Under the pieces are notes generated by a model that was not told the origin of the DNA, ran no database searches, and saw only the letters and a list, made by a program, of their open reading frames with translations. Made by a program: the position numbers and the translations under genes. Shown piece after piece: positions 11,145 to 21,520 of a stretch of 64,000 nucleotides of DNA (position 1 is its first letter; each line of letters starts with the position of its first letter). Source of the stretch: an uncultured Clostridia bacterium (GTDB lineage: Bacteria; Bacillota; Clostridia; TANB77; CAG-508); the NCBI GenBank assembly GCA_934184665.1, contig CAKPSX010000003.1:7806-71805 (forward strand), written 5' to 3'.

Positions 11145-11888
11145 TTATTTATTTGGGATATAATATCCTACTCCTCTTTTGGTTATTAATATTTGTGGGT
11201 TTGATGTATCTTTTTCAATTCTTTCTCTTATTCTTCTAACAGTAACATCAACTGTACGAATATCTCCATAATATTCATATCCCCAAACTCTCTCTAGTAA
11301 AGCTTCTCTTGTTACAACTTGACCTGGTTGTTGTGCTAAGAATTTCAATACTTCAAACTCTCTTAATGTTAGATTTATTACTTTTCCATCTATATGTACT
11401 TCATATTTTTCTAAATCAAGAACTAATTCACCAACCTGTATTATGCTTACTTTTTTCTCTTTTTCTTCTTCTTTGTTCTTTTCTTTTTTCTCTTCTATAT
11501 TATTTTCAACTTTTCTCAAATTAGCCTTTACTCTTGCTACTACTTCTCTAACACTAAATGGTTTAGTTATATAATCATCTGCTCCTAATTCTAGCCCAAC
11601 AATTTTATCAAGCTCATTGTCTTTAGCAGTAACCATTAATATAGGCACATTATATATATTTTTTATTTTTTTACATACTGAAAGTCCATCTAATCTAGGC
11701 AACATTAAATCTAATAAAATCAAATCTGGTCTTTGTTCTCTTGCTATTTCTACAGCTGTAACTCCATCATTTGCTTCTATTGTTCTATATCCTTCTCTTC
11801 CTAAATTATGTACTAATAAATCTACTATCTTTTGTTCATCATCTACGATTAATACTGTCTTTTTCTCATATTCATATTTATCTTCCAT
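11145..11888 (-). CDS. OmpR/WalR-like response regulator with no adjacent kinase
   Basis: 247 aa. Receiver domain (LIVDDE ... LLDLMLP ... TAK) and a winged-helix output domain (TVDVTVRRIRERIE, RGVGYYI), joined by a Glu/Lys-rich linker of about 30 aa. Confidence 0.9.
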   Translation of the reverse strand: MEDKYEYEKKTVLIVDDEQKIVDLLVHNLGREGYRTIEANDGVTAVEIAREQRPDLILLDLMLPRLDGLSVCKKIKNIYNVPILMVTAKDNELDKIVGLELGADDYITKPFSVREVVARVKANLRKVENNIEEKKEKNKEEEKEKKVSIIQVGELVLDLEKYEVHIDGKVINLTLREFEVLKFLAQQPGQVVTREALLERVWGYEYYGDIRTVDVTVRRIRERIEKDTSNPQILITKRGVGYYIPNK

Positions 11889-11992
11889 ATTTCTTTCAAT
11901 CCTTCTTTCCAGTATTTTATGTTCATGTTTTTATTCCATATTCTTTATATCATAATTTTTTCCATTATACAAGTTTTTTCACTAATTTTATT

Positions 11993-13240
11993 TTAAATAT
12001 TAGATAATGCTTTTAGTACTCCTAGCTTTCCATATTCATATGTAAGACCACCTTGCATATAAGCTATATATGGCTCTCTTATTGGCCCATCACAACTTAA
12101 TTCTATTGTTGAACCTTCTGTAAATGTTCCTGCTGCCATAATTACTTCATCATCATATCCTCCCATTGGACTTGGTTCAGGAATAACATGTGAATCTATT
12201 GGAGAACCCATCTGAATTCCTTGGCAAAATTTAACCAATTTATCTTTTGAACCTAATTTTATTGTTTGAACAATATCTCCTCTTTTTTCATCATATTTAG
12301 GATCTATTTCATACCCTAATTTTTCTAACATTCTACTTGTAAATACTGCTGTTTTCACACTACTTGCCACTACACTTGGTGCGAAAAACAAGCCTTTTAT
12401 AAATGCTATATTCTGATTCAAAGATGGTCCAATTTCTTTACCAATTCCTGGTGCTGTCAATCTTTCTGCACATAATTCAACTAATTCTTTTTTGCCTGCA
12501 ATATAGGCTCCGCTTGTTGCTATACCTGCTCCAAGATTTTTCATTAATGAACCTACTATTATGTCTGCTCCAACTTCTGTTGGTTCCTTTTCTTCCACAA
12601 ACTCTCCATAACAATTATCAACCATTATAATTACTTCAGAATCTATTTTTCTAATTTCTTTTATTACATTTTCTATTTTGTCTATTGTTAAACTCTTTCT
12701 TGTAGAATAACCTCTTGACCTTTGAATCTCAATTAATTTAACATCTTTTTTTGAAACTCTTTGTTTAATTGCCTCTATATCAAAATCATTGTCTACCAAG
12801 TCTATTTGCTCATATTTTACACCATGAGCTTTTAATGAACTTCTACTTTCTTCTTTGCTTATGCCAATAACTGTCTGTAATGTATCATATGGCTCTCCTG
12901 TTATACTTAACATTATATCATTATATCTTAATAACCCAAATAATGTAACTGTTAAAGCATGTGTTCCAGATATTAGTTGTGCTCTTACTAATGCATCTTC
13001 TGCTCCCATAATTTTTGCATAAATTTCTTCAATTTTATTTCTACCAATCTCATCTATTCCATATCCTGTAGATGAATGTAAATGCATTTCTGTTAAATTG
13101 CATTCCTGAAATGCTGACAATACTTTTAAACTATTCTCCTCTGAAATTGCATTTATATTTTGAAATATTGGTTCTATTTCTTTTTCTACTTGTTTTGATA
13201 ATTCTAAAATATCATTTTTTATTCCGAATTCTTTATACAT
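11993..13240 (-). CDS. ynbB: YnbB-family PLP enzyme (aluminium-resistance / methionine gamma-lyase-like)
   Basis: 415 aa with full-length resemblance to the YnbB family (HSSTGYGIDEIGR, SGTHALT, GSLMKNLG). Confidence 0.8.
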   Translation of the reverse strand: MYKEFGIKNDILELSKQVEKEIEPIFQNINAISEENSLKVLSAFQECNLTEMHLHSSTGYGIDEIGRNKIEEIYAKIMGAEDALVRAQLISGTHALTVTLFGLLRYNDIMLSITGEPYDTLQTVIGISKEESRSSLKAHGVKYEQIDLVDNDFDIEAIKQRVSKKDVKLIEIQRSRGYSTRKSLTIDKIENVIKEIRKIDSEVIIMVDNCYGEFVEEKEPTEVGADIIVGSLMKNLGAGIATSGAYIAGKKELVELCAERLTAPGIGKEIGPSLNQNIAFIKGLFFAPSVVASSVKTAVFTSRMLEKLGYEIDPKYDEKRGDIVQTIKLGSKDKLVKFCQGIQMGSPIDSHVIPEPSPMGGYDDEVIMAAGTFTEGSTIELSCDGPIREPYIAYMQGGLTYEYGKLGVLKALSNI

Positions 13241-13298
13241 TTAAATCACAATCCTTTTTATTTCATTTTCCGCACTATTATATCATATATAATGCCAA

Positions 13299-14039
13299 TT
13301 ATCCAGTCTTACTCATAATATCTTTTTTCATCTTACTTATTATCTTTTTTTCTAATCTTGATATATAACTTTGTGATATGCCTAATTCATCTGCAACTTC
13401 TTTTTGTGTCTTTTCTTTTCCACTTATAAAACCAAATCTCATTTCCATTATATTTTTTTCTCTATCATTTAATTTTTTTATTGCTTCTTTTAATAATCTT
13501 CTATCTACTTCATCTTCTAGTTTTCTATATGTAACATCTGGGTCTGTTCCCAAGATATCTGATAACAATAACTCATTTCCATCACTGTCTTTGTTTAGTG
13601 GCTCATCAATAGATACTTCAGTTTTTATTTTATTGTTTCTTCTTAAATACATTAGAATTTCATTTTCTATACATCTTGATGCATATGTTGCAAGTTTTAT
13701 ATTTTTTCCAGAATTAAATGTATTTACCCCTTTCATTAATCCTATTGTTCCTATAGATATTAAATCCTCTATTCCAATTCCTGTATTTTCAAACTTTTTT
13801 GCAATATATACAACTAATCTTAAATTTCTTTCTACTAATATTTTTCTTGCTTCGTTTTTTTCTTCAGTATCAAGCATTTTGATTGTCTTTTCTTCCTCCT
13901 CTGCATTTAATGGTGGTGGTAATGTTTGACTTCCAGCAATATAAAAAATCGGTAATATATCATTTTCATCAAGATTTCCTTCAATGTATTTTCCACAAAT
14001 CGTATTTATACTTTTTTTAATAACTTCTATTATATTCAT
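13299..14039 (-). CDS. sigE: sporulation sigma factor SigE (pro-sigma-E)
   Basis: 246 aa. N-terminal pro-sequence followed by [12 protein letters not shown], then sigma-70 regions 2-4 ([23 protein letters not shown]). It lies downstream of spoIIGA. Confidence 0.9.
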   Translation of the reverse strand: MNIIEVIKKSINTICGKYIEGNLDENDILPIFYIAGSQTLPPPLNAEEEEKTIKMLDTEEKNEARKILVERNLRLVVYIAKKFENTGIGIEDLISIGTIGLMKGVNTFNSGKNIKLATYASRCIENEILMYLRRNNKIKTEVSIDEPLNKDSDGNELLLSDILGTDPDVTYRKLEDEVDRRLLKEAIKKLNDREKNIMEMRFGFISGKEKTQKEVADELGISQSYISRLEKKIISKMKKDIMSKTG

Positions 14040-14169
14040 TTAAAATTCTTCCTTTCTTAATGTACATTTTCTATACTTACGTTAATTTAAATTCCTTATT
14101 TCACCTCCCTTATTTGTTAGAGTTATTGTACAACTTTTGTGTTGAAAATACTGTCTTTTCTTCTTGTAG

Positions 14170-14205
14170 AAAAAAAGAAATAATCGCTATTTTACGATTA
14201 TTTCT
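14170..14205 (-). terminator. intrinsic terminator between spoIIGA and sigE
   Basis: On the minus strand, AGAAATAATCG-taaaatag-CGATTATTTCT (11-bp stem) followed by TTTTTTTC, starting 7 nt after the spoIIGA stop. Confidence 0.7.
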
Positions 14206-14211
14206 TACATC

Positions 14212-15060
14212 TTATATCATATCAATTCCAACTAAAGCTCTATATTCTCCCCTCTTAGTTAATGATTTATCATATATTCCTACTATTACATTTTGAACCT
14301 TATGTATTTCTTCTTTTTCGACTTCCATTCCATCAATTTTTATTCCTAATAACATTCCATTTTCTTTTCCCAATGATTTATATGGTATCCATCTTAATTT
14401 TGGTATATATATGTTTCTGATTTCTTCTGGTATGTCATCAAAATTTCCTCCTAAGATATTTTCCAAGTTATTTATTATTTCTTTTGGTAATATATCATAC
14501 ATTAAACTGCTTTCAACTATTATTACTGGTATATTCGTTATTGGCTCTTTCACTAAATTTCCTGTATCAATCATTGCTGTTGTTTGTATTTCTTTTCCAT
14601 TAATCTTTAGCTTTACTTTGCAATACATATCTTTTGGTTGTATTTTTGTTTTAATTATCTTGATAGATAATTTTATAATCACAAATGCCACTATTGCACC
14701 AAATAATATTACTTTTAACACATATTTACCTGCAAAAAGCCCATTTTTTATTAATACATTTTGTGGCTTTATAAAATATATTAAATAAAGTGCAACTCCG
14801 CCAAATATAAATGATGTGAGATAAAAAATTAGTATTTGCTTACACAATTTTTTTATATTTTGTGGATTAAATGCGATATATACCATTATTACAGATAAAA
14901 TAATTTTTGTAATTATTGACTCATATATTTTAAATTGAGTTACATATATTATCATCGCATATAAACTTCCAATTATCCCAGAAATTAATATTCTTATTAT
15001 GCTTGGCTTTATTTTTAGCATAATAGCTGTAGCATACAAAATTATGCTATTCATTATCAA
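14212..15060 (-). CDS. spoIIGA: sigma-E processing peptidase SpoIIGA
   Basis: 282 aa from TTG 15060. Multi-TM N-terminal half and a C-terminal aspartic protease motif (MIDTGN). The frame continues upstream as (I)KITVYIDIIFLEN, which matches the conserved SpoIIGA N-terminus, so the true start is probably near 15102-15107. Confidence 0.85.
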   Translation of the reverse strand: MIMNSIILYATAIMLKIKPSIIRILISGIIGSLYAMIIYVTQFKIYESIITKIILSVIMVYIAFNPQNIKKLCKQILIFYLTSFIFGGVALYLIYFIKPQNVLIKNGLFAGKYVLKVILFGAIVAFVIIKLSIKIIKTKIQPKDMYCKVKLKINGKEIQTTAMIDTGNLVKEPITNIPVIIVESSLMYDILPKEIINNLENILGGNFDDIPEEIRNIYIPKLRWIPYKSLGKENGMLLGIKIDGMEVEKEEIHKVQNVIVGIYDKSLTKRGEYRALVGIDMI

Positions 15061-15339
15061 ATTTTCTAAAAAGATTATATCAATATATACTGTTATTTTA
15101 ATGTCATTCCTTTCTTAAGGCACAAACTCGGTTAAAAAAATTAATTTTAAAATTGTAAATGTTTTTCAACCTTCTCACCTTTTCATTTTTACTAATTATA
15201 TATTAATAATTTTAAAAATGATGTCTTTTTATGAACTCATTCCTAAAAATATCGTTTCATTTATTCGAGGTTAAATTCTTATTTTTGTTTTCGTATCATA
15301 TAATTTATATAACAGAAGTGTAATTTCACAGGAGGTTTT

Positions 15340-16128
15340 ATGAGGATATTTGTTTTTAATTTTAAAAAAATAGCCATTATTGTTTCTTTATTAATTTTTT
15401 GTATAATTTTAGGTTTGCTTTTTTTATTTTATAAGAAAAATTTCTTTGCTATAGAATCTGCTTCAAATAGTGTTTCAGATACTCTAGTAAAAAACGATGA
15501 AAAAATTGCATATCTAACCTTTGATGATGGTCCAACACTACGTGCAACTGGCAAAATTTTAGACATTTTAAAAGAAGAAAATGTTAAGGCTAGTTTTTTT
15601 GTTATTGGTAAATATGTTGCAAAACATCCTGAACTTGTAAAACGAGCATATGATGAAGGACATTATATTGCTAATCATGGATATTCTCATGATAATTCAA
15701 AGCTATATAAAAGTGATGAAAGTTTTTTATCTGAAGTGAAAAATACAGATATTGAAATTGGAAAAGCAATTGATGTTCCTGATTATTGTTCTCACTATTT
15801 CCGCTTTCCAAATGGCTTTATGTCAGCTAGTTACAGAAACCAAAAAAAGAAAGCTGCACAATTGCTTTCTGATATGGGTTATATGTATGTGGATTGGAAT
15901 TGTTTAAATAAAGATTCCGAAAAAAAATGTTCACAAGCACAATTACTAAACAATCTGAAAAAAACATCAAAAAACAAAGGCACTTTAATAATACTAATGC
16001 ATGATACTTGTGATGTTAATGATACTGTTTCTGTTTTAAAAGATTCTATTTTATACTTAAAATCTCAAGGGTATGAATTCAAAAATTTTTATGATTTAGA
16101 CATTCAATCACCAGAAGATCTTAAATAG
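15340..16128 (+). CDS. polysaccharide deacetylase family protein (NodB domain)
   Basis: 262 aa. TM anchor followed by NodB motifs (TFDDGP, HGYSH, LMHD). Confidence 0.85.
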   Translation: MRIFVFNFKKIAIIVSLLIFCIILGLLFLFYKKNFFAIESASNSVSDTLVKNDEKIAYLTFDDGPTLRATGKILDILKEENVKASFFVIGKYVAKHPELVKRAYDEGHYIANHGYSHDNSKLYKSDESFLSEVKNTDIEIGKAIDVPDYCSHYFRFPNGFMSASYRNQKKKAAQLLSDMGYMYVDWNCLNKDSEKKCSQAQLLNNLKKTSKNKGTLIILMHDTCDVNDTVSVLKDSILYLKSQGYEFKNFYDLDIQSPEDLK

Positions 16129-16135
16129 GAAAATT

Positions 16136-16166
16136 AAAAAGGTAGAGTTCTAAAACTTTACCTTTT
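16136..16166. terminator. hairpin between the convergent deacetylase gene and ftsZ
   Basis: AAAGGTAGAGTT-ctaa-AACTTTACCTTT with one mismatch, flanked by A and T runs. Confidence 0.55.
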
Positions 16167-16214
16167 AATTCTGCTATTTCCATATTAACATATTTCACAT
16201 TACTTTATATTAAT

Positions 16215-17327
16215 TTACATATTTTTATTTTTGTTTTTACGTAAGAATGCTGGTATGTCTAAATCTCCTTGTGATGAACTTACATCTGATGTTGCTGGAA
16301 TTGAATTTATTTTCTTTTCCCATGTTTTGTTTACAAAACTGTCTACACTTGATGAAGTACGTGTTTCTGGTTTTTCAAAGCCTGTTGCAATAACTGTAAT
16401 TTGGATTTCATCTTTCATTTCTGGATCTGTTACTGTACCAAATATTATGTTTGCTTCTGGGTCTACACTGCGTTGTACTAATTCAGCAGCTGTATTAACT
16501 TCGTGTAATCCTAAGTCTTCACCACCTGTTATGTTAATAATAACTCCTCTTGCTCCTTCTATTGATGTTTCTAGTAATGGACTTTGTACAGCTTGTTTTG
16601 CAGCATCTTCTGCTCTGTTTTCTCCTGATGCTCTACCAATTCCCATATGCGCCATACCTGTATTTAGCATTATTGTTTTAACATCTGCAAAGTCTAAGTT
16701 AACTGTTCCTGTTACTGCAATTAAATCAGATATTCCTTGAACACCTTGTCTTAAAACATCATCAGCCATTCTAAATGCTTCATTTATTGATGTTTTTCTA
16801 TCTATTATTTGTAATAATTTATCATTTGGTATTACTACTAATGCATCAACTTTACCTTTTAAGCTTTCTATTCCTCTCTCTGCTTGAGAAAGTCTTTTCT
16901 TTCCTTCAAATGTGAATGGTTTTGTAACAACACCTATTGTTAGGATTCCCATTTCTTTAGCTGCTTGAGCTACAATTGGTGCTGCACCTGTACCTGTTCC
17001 TCCACCCATTCCGGCTGTAACAAATACCATGTCAGCTCCTCTTAATGTTTCAGCTATTTCTGATTTATTTTCTTCTGCTGATTGTGCACCAATATCAGGG
17101 TTTGCACCTGCTCCAAGTCCTCTTGTTATTTTTTCTCCAATTTGAATTTTAGTTCCTGCTTTTGATTTTTGTAATGCTTGTCTATCTGTATTTACAGCAA
17201 TAAAATCTACACCTTTTATCCCTGTTTCAATCATTCTATTTACTGCGTTATTTCCTGCACCTCCAACACCAATTACTTTTATTGTGGCTGTACCATCCAT
17301 CATTGTAACGTCTTCATATTCCATCAT
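16215..17327 (-). CDS. ftsZ: cell division protein FtsZ
   Basis: 370 aa with the tubulin signature [10 protein letters not shown] and the VGGAGNN motif. Confidence 0.97.
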   Translation of the reverse strand: MMEYEDVTMMDGTATIKVIGVGGAGNNAVNRMIETGIKGVDFIAVNTDRQALQKSKAGTKIQIGEKITRGLGAGANPDIGAQSAEENKSEIAETLRGADMVFVTAGMGGGTGTGAAPIVAQAAKEMGILTIGVVTKPFTFEGKKRLSQAERGIESLKGKVDALVVIPNDKLLQIIDRKTSINEAFRMADDVLRQGVQGISDLIAVTGTVNLDFADVKTIMLNTGMAHMGIGRASGENRAEDAAKQAVQSPLLETSIEGARGVIINITGGEDLGLHEVNTAAELVQRSVDPEANIIFGTVTDPEMKDEIQITVIATGFEKPETRTSSSVDSFVNKTWEKKINSIPATSDVSSSQGDLDIPAFLRKNKNKNM

Positions 17328-17401
17328 AAAGATTTCCTCCCATTAAACTTAATTTAAAAACTTTTAATTTATTACTGAAAATTTACTTTTATTTCTAACT
17401 C

Positions 17402-18631
17402 TTATGAATAAAAAAATTCTTTTATTCTTTCAATAAATACTTTGAACATACTTTCATTTGATTGTGAATCAATTTTGCTTGATACTGTTTTCACAAATGG
17501 CTTAGCTGCTATATATCTAACTAGTGCATAACTTGTTCTGAATTCTGGTTTTACTGTACTTATTAATCTTCCTGTTGACATTTTTACAGGGATATTTAAG
17601 TTTATTTTTCCTGCAACATCACTTTTATTTATTGTTGTGATTCCTCTACCAGCTAATATTACTGTATTTATATTTGATTTTACATTCTCTTTTGTAATAT
17701 CTTTATTTACTATTGCAAATATCTCTTCTATTCTAGCTTCAATTATTTCTATCAATTCTGAACTTTTTATTACTTTATTTCTACTCTCATCTTTACAAGT
17801 ATTTAGCATAATCTCATTATCATTATCTATAAATGATTTTAATGCAAGTCCATATTGTTTTTTTAGTTTTTCTGCTTCATCTTCTGAGATATTTAATACT
17901 AATGATATGTCATTAGTTATGTTATCTCCCCCAAGTGGGATTGTGTTTGTATATGTAAATGTATTGCCTTCAAATACACCAATTTCAGTATTTCCGGCTC
18001 CTATGTCTAGTAACATTACATTATCAAAAAGCTCATTAGTATCTAGCATAAGATTTCTTTCTGCTAATGCTGTTGGCACTATTCCATCTATCTCTATCCC
18101 AACTCTTTTAAATATTGAAGTTATCTGTCTAATATATTCTTTGTCTGCTAAAATAACTTGAGATTTTAATGTGAAACTTGAGCTTAAATTTCCTACTGGA
18201 TCAACTACTACTTTTCCATTATCAAGTACTATTTCTGATGGTACTATATCTATTATTGTTTTTCCTTCTGGTATTTCTATATCTTTTGCTTGCATAATTG
18301 CACTTTGGACATCTTTTAATGATATTCCTGCAAACTTATCTTTTAATTCTTTTAATATACTATTTTGAACTATTGTTACATATTTGCCAGGAATTGTTAC
18401 ATATGCTGAATTTATTTTAAAGTCTGCTTCTTCTTCAGCATCTTTTATCGTTTTGGCTATGCTTAAACTAATTTCTTCTTCATTTATTATTTTGCCTTTT
18501 TTCAACCCACTGCATTTACAAGATGTGCTACATATAGTTTCAATTTGGCCAAAATTATTTACTTCCCCTACAACTGTGCATACTTTGGACGTACCTATAT
18601 CAATACCAACTATGATATCACCTATTGCCAA
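17402..18631 (-). CDS. ftsA: cell division protein FtsA
   Basis: 409 aa. Actin-like ATPase motifs (GIDIGTSKV, LLDIGAGNTE), located directly upstream of ftsZ. Confidence 0.93.
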   Translation of the reverse strand: MAIGDIIVGIDIGTSKVCTVVGEVNNFGQIETICSTSCKCSGLKKGKIINEEEISLSIAKTIKDAEEEADFKINSAYVTIPGKYVTIVQNSILKELKDKFAGISLKDVQSAIMQAKDIEIPEGKTIIDIVPSEIVLDNGKVVVDPVGNLSSSFTLKSQVILADKEYIRQITSIFKRVGIEIDGIVPTALAERNLMLDTNELFDNVMLLDIGAGNTEIGVFEGNTFTYTNTIPLGGDNITNDISLVLNISEDEAEKLKKQYGLALKSFIDNDNEIMLNTCKDESRNKVIKSSELIEIIEARIEEIFAIVNKDITKENVKSNINTVILAGRGITTINKSDVAGKINLNIPVKMSTGRLISTVKPEFRTSYALVRYIAAKPFVKTVSSKIDSQSNESMFKVFIERIKEFFYS

Positions 18632-18670
18632 AATAATTCCTCCAATTTATTACTGTTTTCTTTAGTGTTA

Positions 18671-18739
18671 TATATATTACATTTTAAGACAAATGTCAAG
18701 ATAATTTGAAATATTTCTGAAATATTTTTGAAATATTTC
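18671..18739 (-). promoter_or_regulatory. ftsA promoter with three 11-bp-phased palindromic repeats upstream
   Basis: On the minus strand, TTGACA (18694-18699) and TATATA (18671-18676) are separated by 17 nt. GAAATATTTC, GAAATATTTT and GAAATATTTC start at 18708, 18719 and 18730. Confidence 0.55.
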
Positions 18740-18772
18740 TGTAATAAATGTAATATTCTTGTAATTAATTTT

Positions 18773-19144
18773 TTAACCATTATTTTTTAATTTTTCTTGT
18801 CTTTTCTCTGTCCATTTTTCAATATAATGTCTTCTTATTATTGTTAAGTTTGTAAACATTCTTCCAACGAAAACTACTAATGCTGCTAAATAAATATCCA
18901 GGTTTAATTTTTGACCCAAATATGTTAATGCAATTGAAAGAATACTATTACAGAAAAATCCTGAGATAAAGATTTTTAAATCAAAATTTTTCTTTAATAC
19001 TGATGTGATTCCTCCAAATACAGAATCTAATGCAGCAACAACCGCAATCGCTAAAAATATTGAATATGTATATGGTATTACTGGAGCATTTATTCCTATT
19101 ACTGCTCCTATTATACATCCTATAAGTATCGCTATAATTATCAT
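18773..19144 (-). CDS. sbp: small basic protein Sbp (DUF1290)
   Basis: 123-aa multi-TM protein in the conserved position between the DUF881 genes and ftsA. Confidence 0.75.
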   Translation of the reverse strand: MIIIAILIGCIIGAVIGINAPVIPYTYSIFLAIAVVAALDSVFGGITSVLKKNFDLKIFISGFFCNSILSIALTYLGQKLNLDIYLAALVVFVGRMFTNLTIIRRHYIEKWTEKRQEKLKNNG

Positions 19145-19158
19145 TTTATATCTCCTTT

Positions 19159-19905
19159 TTATTTTATATATTTTGTGCTAATATCATCCGCATATTTATT
19201 TATTTTTACTTTTTTGACTTTATTTAGAGTCACTTCATGTCCTGCATCTTTCAGTTCATCTACATGTCCTCCTTTACCTATTACAGCACTTTCAAGATAT
19301 GTTTGATTTCCTATTGCTTTTATGTAATATGGTGATAATATTCTATGCCCATTTACCTTTAAGAAAGAATTATCTCCTTCACCTAATTTTGATATATCAG
19401 TTTTAGCTATTATTCTTTCATCATTTATAGAAATAGCCTCTGCTCCAGCTCCAAAAAGTTCATTAACTATTATTAATAAATCTTCTTCGTCTATCATTCT
19501 TACTGTCTGGTCATCAGATAATTCTGTTCCACCTTTATCTGTTATAATAATCTCTATGCCTTCTCCCTCAACATCAGTTTTACCAACAGCTTCATCTAAT
19601 TGTTCTAATTCAGTTTTTAATAGTTGCGCTGTTTTTTCATCAGATTCTTTTTCTGTTTGATATTCAGATATTTTTTGACTAACTTCTTCATATCTTTCAT
19701 TTAACTCATTATATTTTTCTCTCCAGTTTGATAATTCAACACGTAATTCTGATTCTCTCATATTTTCTATTGCAGTTATATCAGTTTCTTTAACTACTTT
19801 GAATTGCATAAACATTACTAGCATTAATGTTAAACATGCTATTCCAATTGAAATTGACATTACTACTTTTTCTTTTTTAAACTTTATTTTCATGTTAGAA
19901 TTCAT
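19159..19905 (-). CDS. DUF881 division/sporulation-associated protein (YlxW/YlxX-like)
   Basis: 248 aa. N-terminal TM, coiled coil, and a C-terminal DUF881-like region (NELFGAGAEAISINDERI). Confidence 0.8.
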   Translation of the reverse strand: MNSNMKIKFKKEKVVMSISIGIACLTLMLVMFMQFKVVKETDITAIENMRESELRVELSNWREKYNELNERYEEVSQKISEYQTEKESDEKTAQLLKTELEQLDEAVGKTDVEGEGIEIIITDKGGTELSDDQTVRMIDEEDLLIIVNELFGAGAEAISINDERIIAKTDISKLGEGDNSFLKVNGHRILSPYYIKAIGNQTYLESAVIGKGGHVDELKDAGHEVTLNKVKKVKINKYADDISTKYIK

Positions 19906-19947
19906 TCCTTTCTTGAAGTCTACTTTTGAAATAACTTTAATCCTTCA

Positions 19948-20673
19948 TTAATTACTTTCAGCATAATTATATTTGATTACACCTGTATATTTTGGAATTG
20001 TTATATCACTAGATTTTGTTACACTTGTTTCAATTCCCCAATATTCTTTTAAATTCATTAAATATCCACCTTGTCTATTCATAGCTCCACTTAAATATTC
20101 TGGGAAACCTATTGCTTTTATTTCAAATGGTGCTCCAATTTTTACTCCATTTATTTTTATTACATTTCCATCACATTCTATTGATGTTGTTAATACAACT
20201 CTTTGATCATTTACAGATATAGCTTCTGCTCCTGCATTTTTTAATTCATTTACAACTCTTATAACATCTGTATAATGAACTATTAAATCATTTGGATCTC
20301 CCAAATAACTATTTAATGATGTTTTTTTATTATCATCTAATTTTACTATAACACCTTCACCTTTTACCTCAGTTGTACCTAGTTGTTTATTTCTCTCTTT
20401 TATGCTATCTTCAAGTCCTGCTAAATCTCCATTATTTTGTGTTGCATTTGTTCTTTCAGTTTCCAATTTTTTTTCTGCATCTTCAAGTGTTTTATATAAA
20501 TTATCATATCTTTCTTTTGCCCTAAGAACTTCATCTCTTAATTCATTTTCATTTGCATTCGTACTTGTAGATATTCCCCTATTTTCAGTTGCTTTTATCT
20601 GTGCTGCTATTCCATAACTTAAAACAATACACATTATTCCTATAATTATGCTTATTATTTTTTTATTGTTCAT
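19948..20673 (-). CDS. DUF881 protein (paralogue)
   Basis: Same architecture as the neighbouring DUF881 gene (NELKNAGAEAISVNDQRV). The start is set at MNNKK, after SD GAAAGGAAA. The tracked ORF start at 20721 overlaps ftsQ. Confidence 0.8.
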   Translation of the reverse strand: MNNKKIISIIIGIMCIVLSYGIAAQIKATENRGISTSTNANENELRDEVLRAKERYDNLYKTLEDAEKKLETERTNATQNNGDLAGLEDSIKERNKQLGTTEVKGEGVIVKLDDNKKTSLNSYLGDPNDLIVHYTDVIRVVNELKNAGAEAISVNDQRVVLTTSIECDGNVIKINGVKIGAPFEIKAIGFPEYLSGAMNRQGGYLMNLKEYWGIETSVTKSSDITIPKYTGVIKYNYAESN

Positions 20674-20686
20674 AACCATTTCCTTT

Positions 20687-21520
20687 CTATTTTGCACTAA
20701 AATATGGTGCAAAACCTTCATTTATGTTTCCATTTACATATACGGTTCCAGAATTATCCTTTTCTTCTTTTAATATAGCTTTTACATAAAACATCTTCTC
20801 ACTTAAATCTTCAGCATCTCCTAAATTTATAATTATGCTATCATCTTTGTAATGTAATACATATTCATTTGCCACATCTATTTGTACTATATTTTGTTCT
20901 ATTCCGATTTTTTCATTTTCTGCTTTTATATGAAGTATTTTCTCCATTTTATCTAAATCATTTTGCTCTAACCTTTTTAATTGTTTAGCTTGTTCTTCTG
21001 AAATACTCATACCTGTAATTGTTTTTAAGTCTGCTTTTGTTGTTGATGTTTGAAGTATATGTCCTTGTTCATCTATGTATATATATGAACCTGTCTCTGT
21101 TAATATTTGATAATCTTTTTTTCTTTCTGTTAATTGTATTTTTATTTTATTTGGATATACTTTTTTTAATTTTACATCTTCTATATATCCGTTTTCTTTC
21201 ATTTTTACTTTTGTTACTAATTCTGATGTTAAAAATATATTTTGTCCAACTTTTATGTCTGATAAACTTATAGCTTCCTCTTTTGTAATTTCTACATTGC
21301 CCTCTATTTCTACTTGCTTTATATTATATGTATCAGATTTTAAAAGATATGCTAAAATTGCTATAACAATAATTATTGCAAAAATCACTATAATTTTTTT
21401 GTTATTTATTTTTTGATTATTTGTTTTATTGTTATTTATTTTTTTTCTTTGAGCTTCTTTTTGCTTTCTTCTCCTTCTGCTCCTGCTTTTATTCAATTTT
21501 ATCACAATCCTTCCTAACAT
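20687..21520 (-). CDS. ftsQ: cell division protein FtsQ/DivIB
   Basis: 277 aa. Basic N-terminus, single TM, POTRA-like region (IKQVEIEGN), and conserved position in the division cluster. Confidence 0.8.
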   Translation of the reverse strand: MLGRIVIKLNKSRSRRRRKQKEAQRKKINNNKTNNQKINNKKIIVIFAIIIVIAILAYLLKSDTYNIKQVEIEGNVEITKEEAISLSDIKVGQNIFLTSELVTKVKMKENGYIEDVKLKKVYPNKIKIQLTERKKDYQILTETGSYIYIDEQGHILQTSTTKADLKTITGMSISEEQAKQLKRLEQNDLDKMEKILHIKAENEKIGIEQNIVQIDVANEYVLHYKDDSIIINLGDAEDLSEKMFYVKAILKEEKDNSGTVYVNGNINEGFAPYFSAK

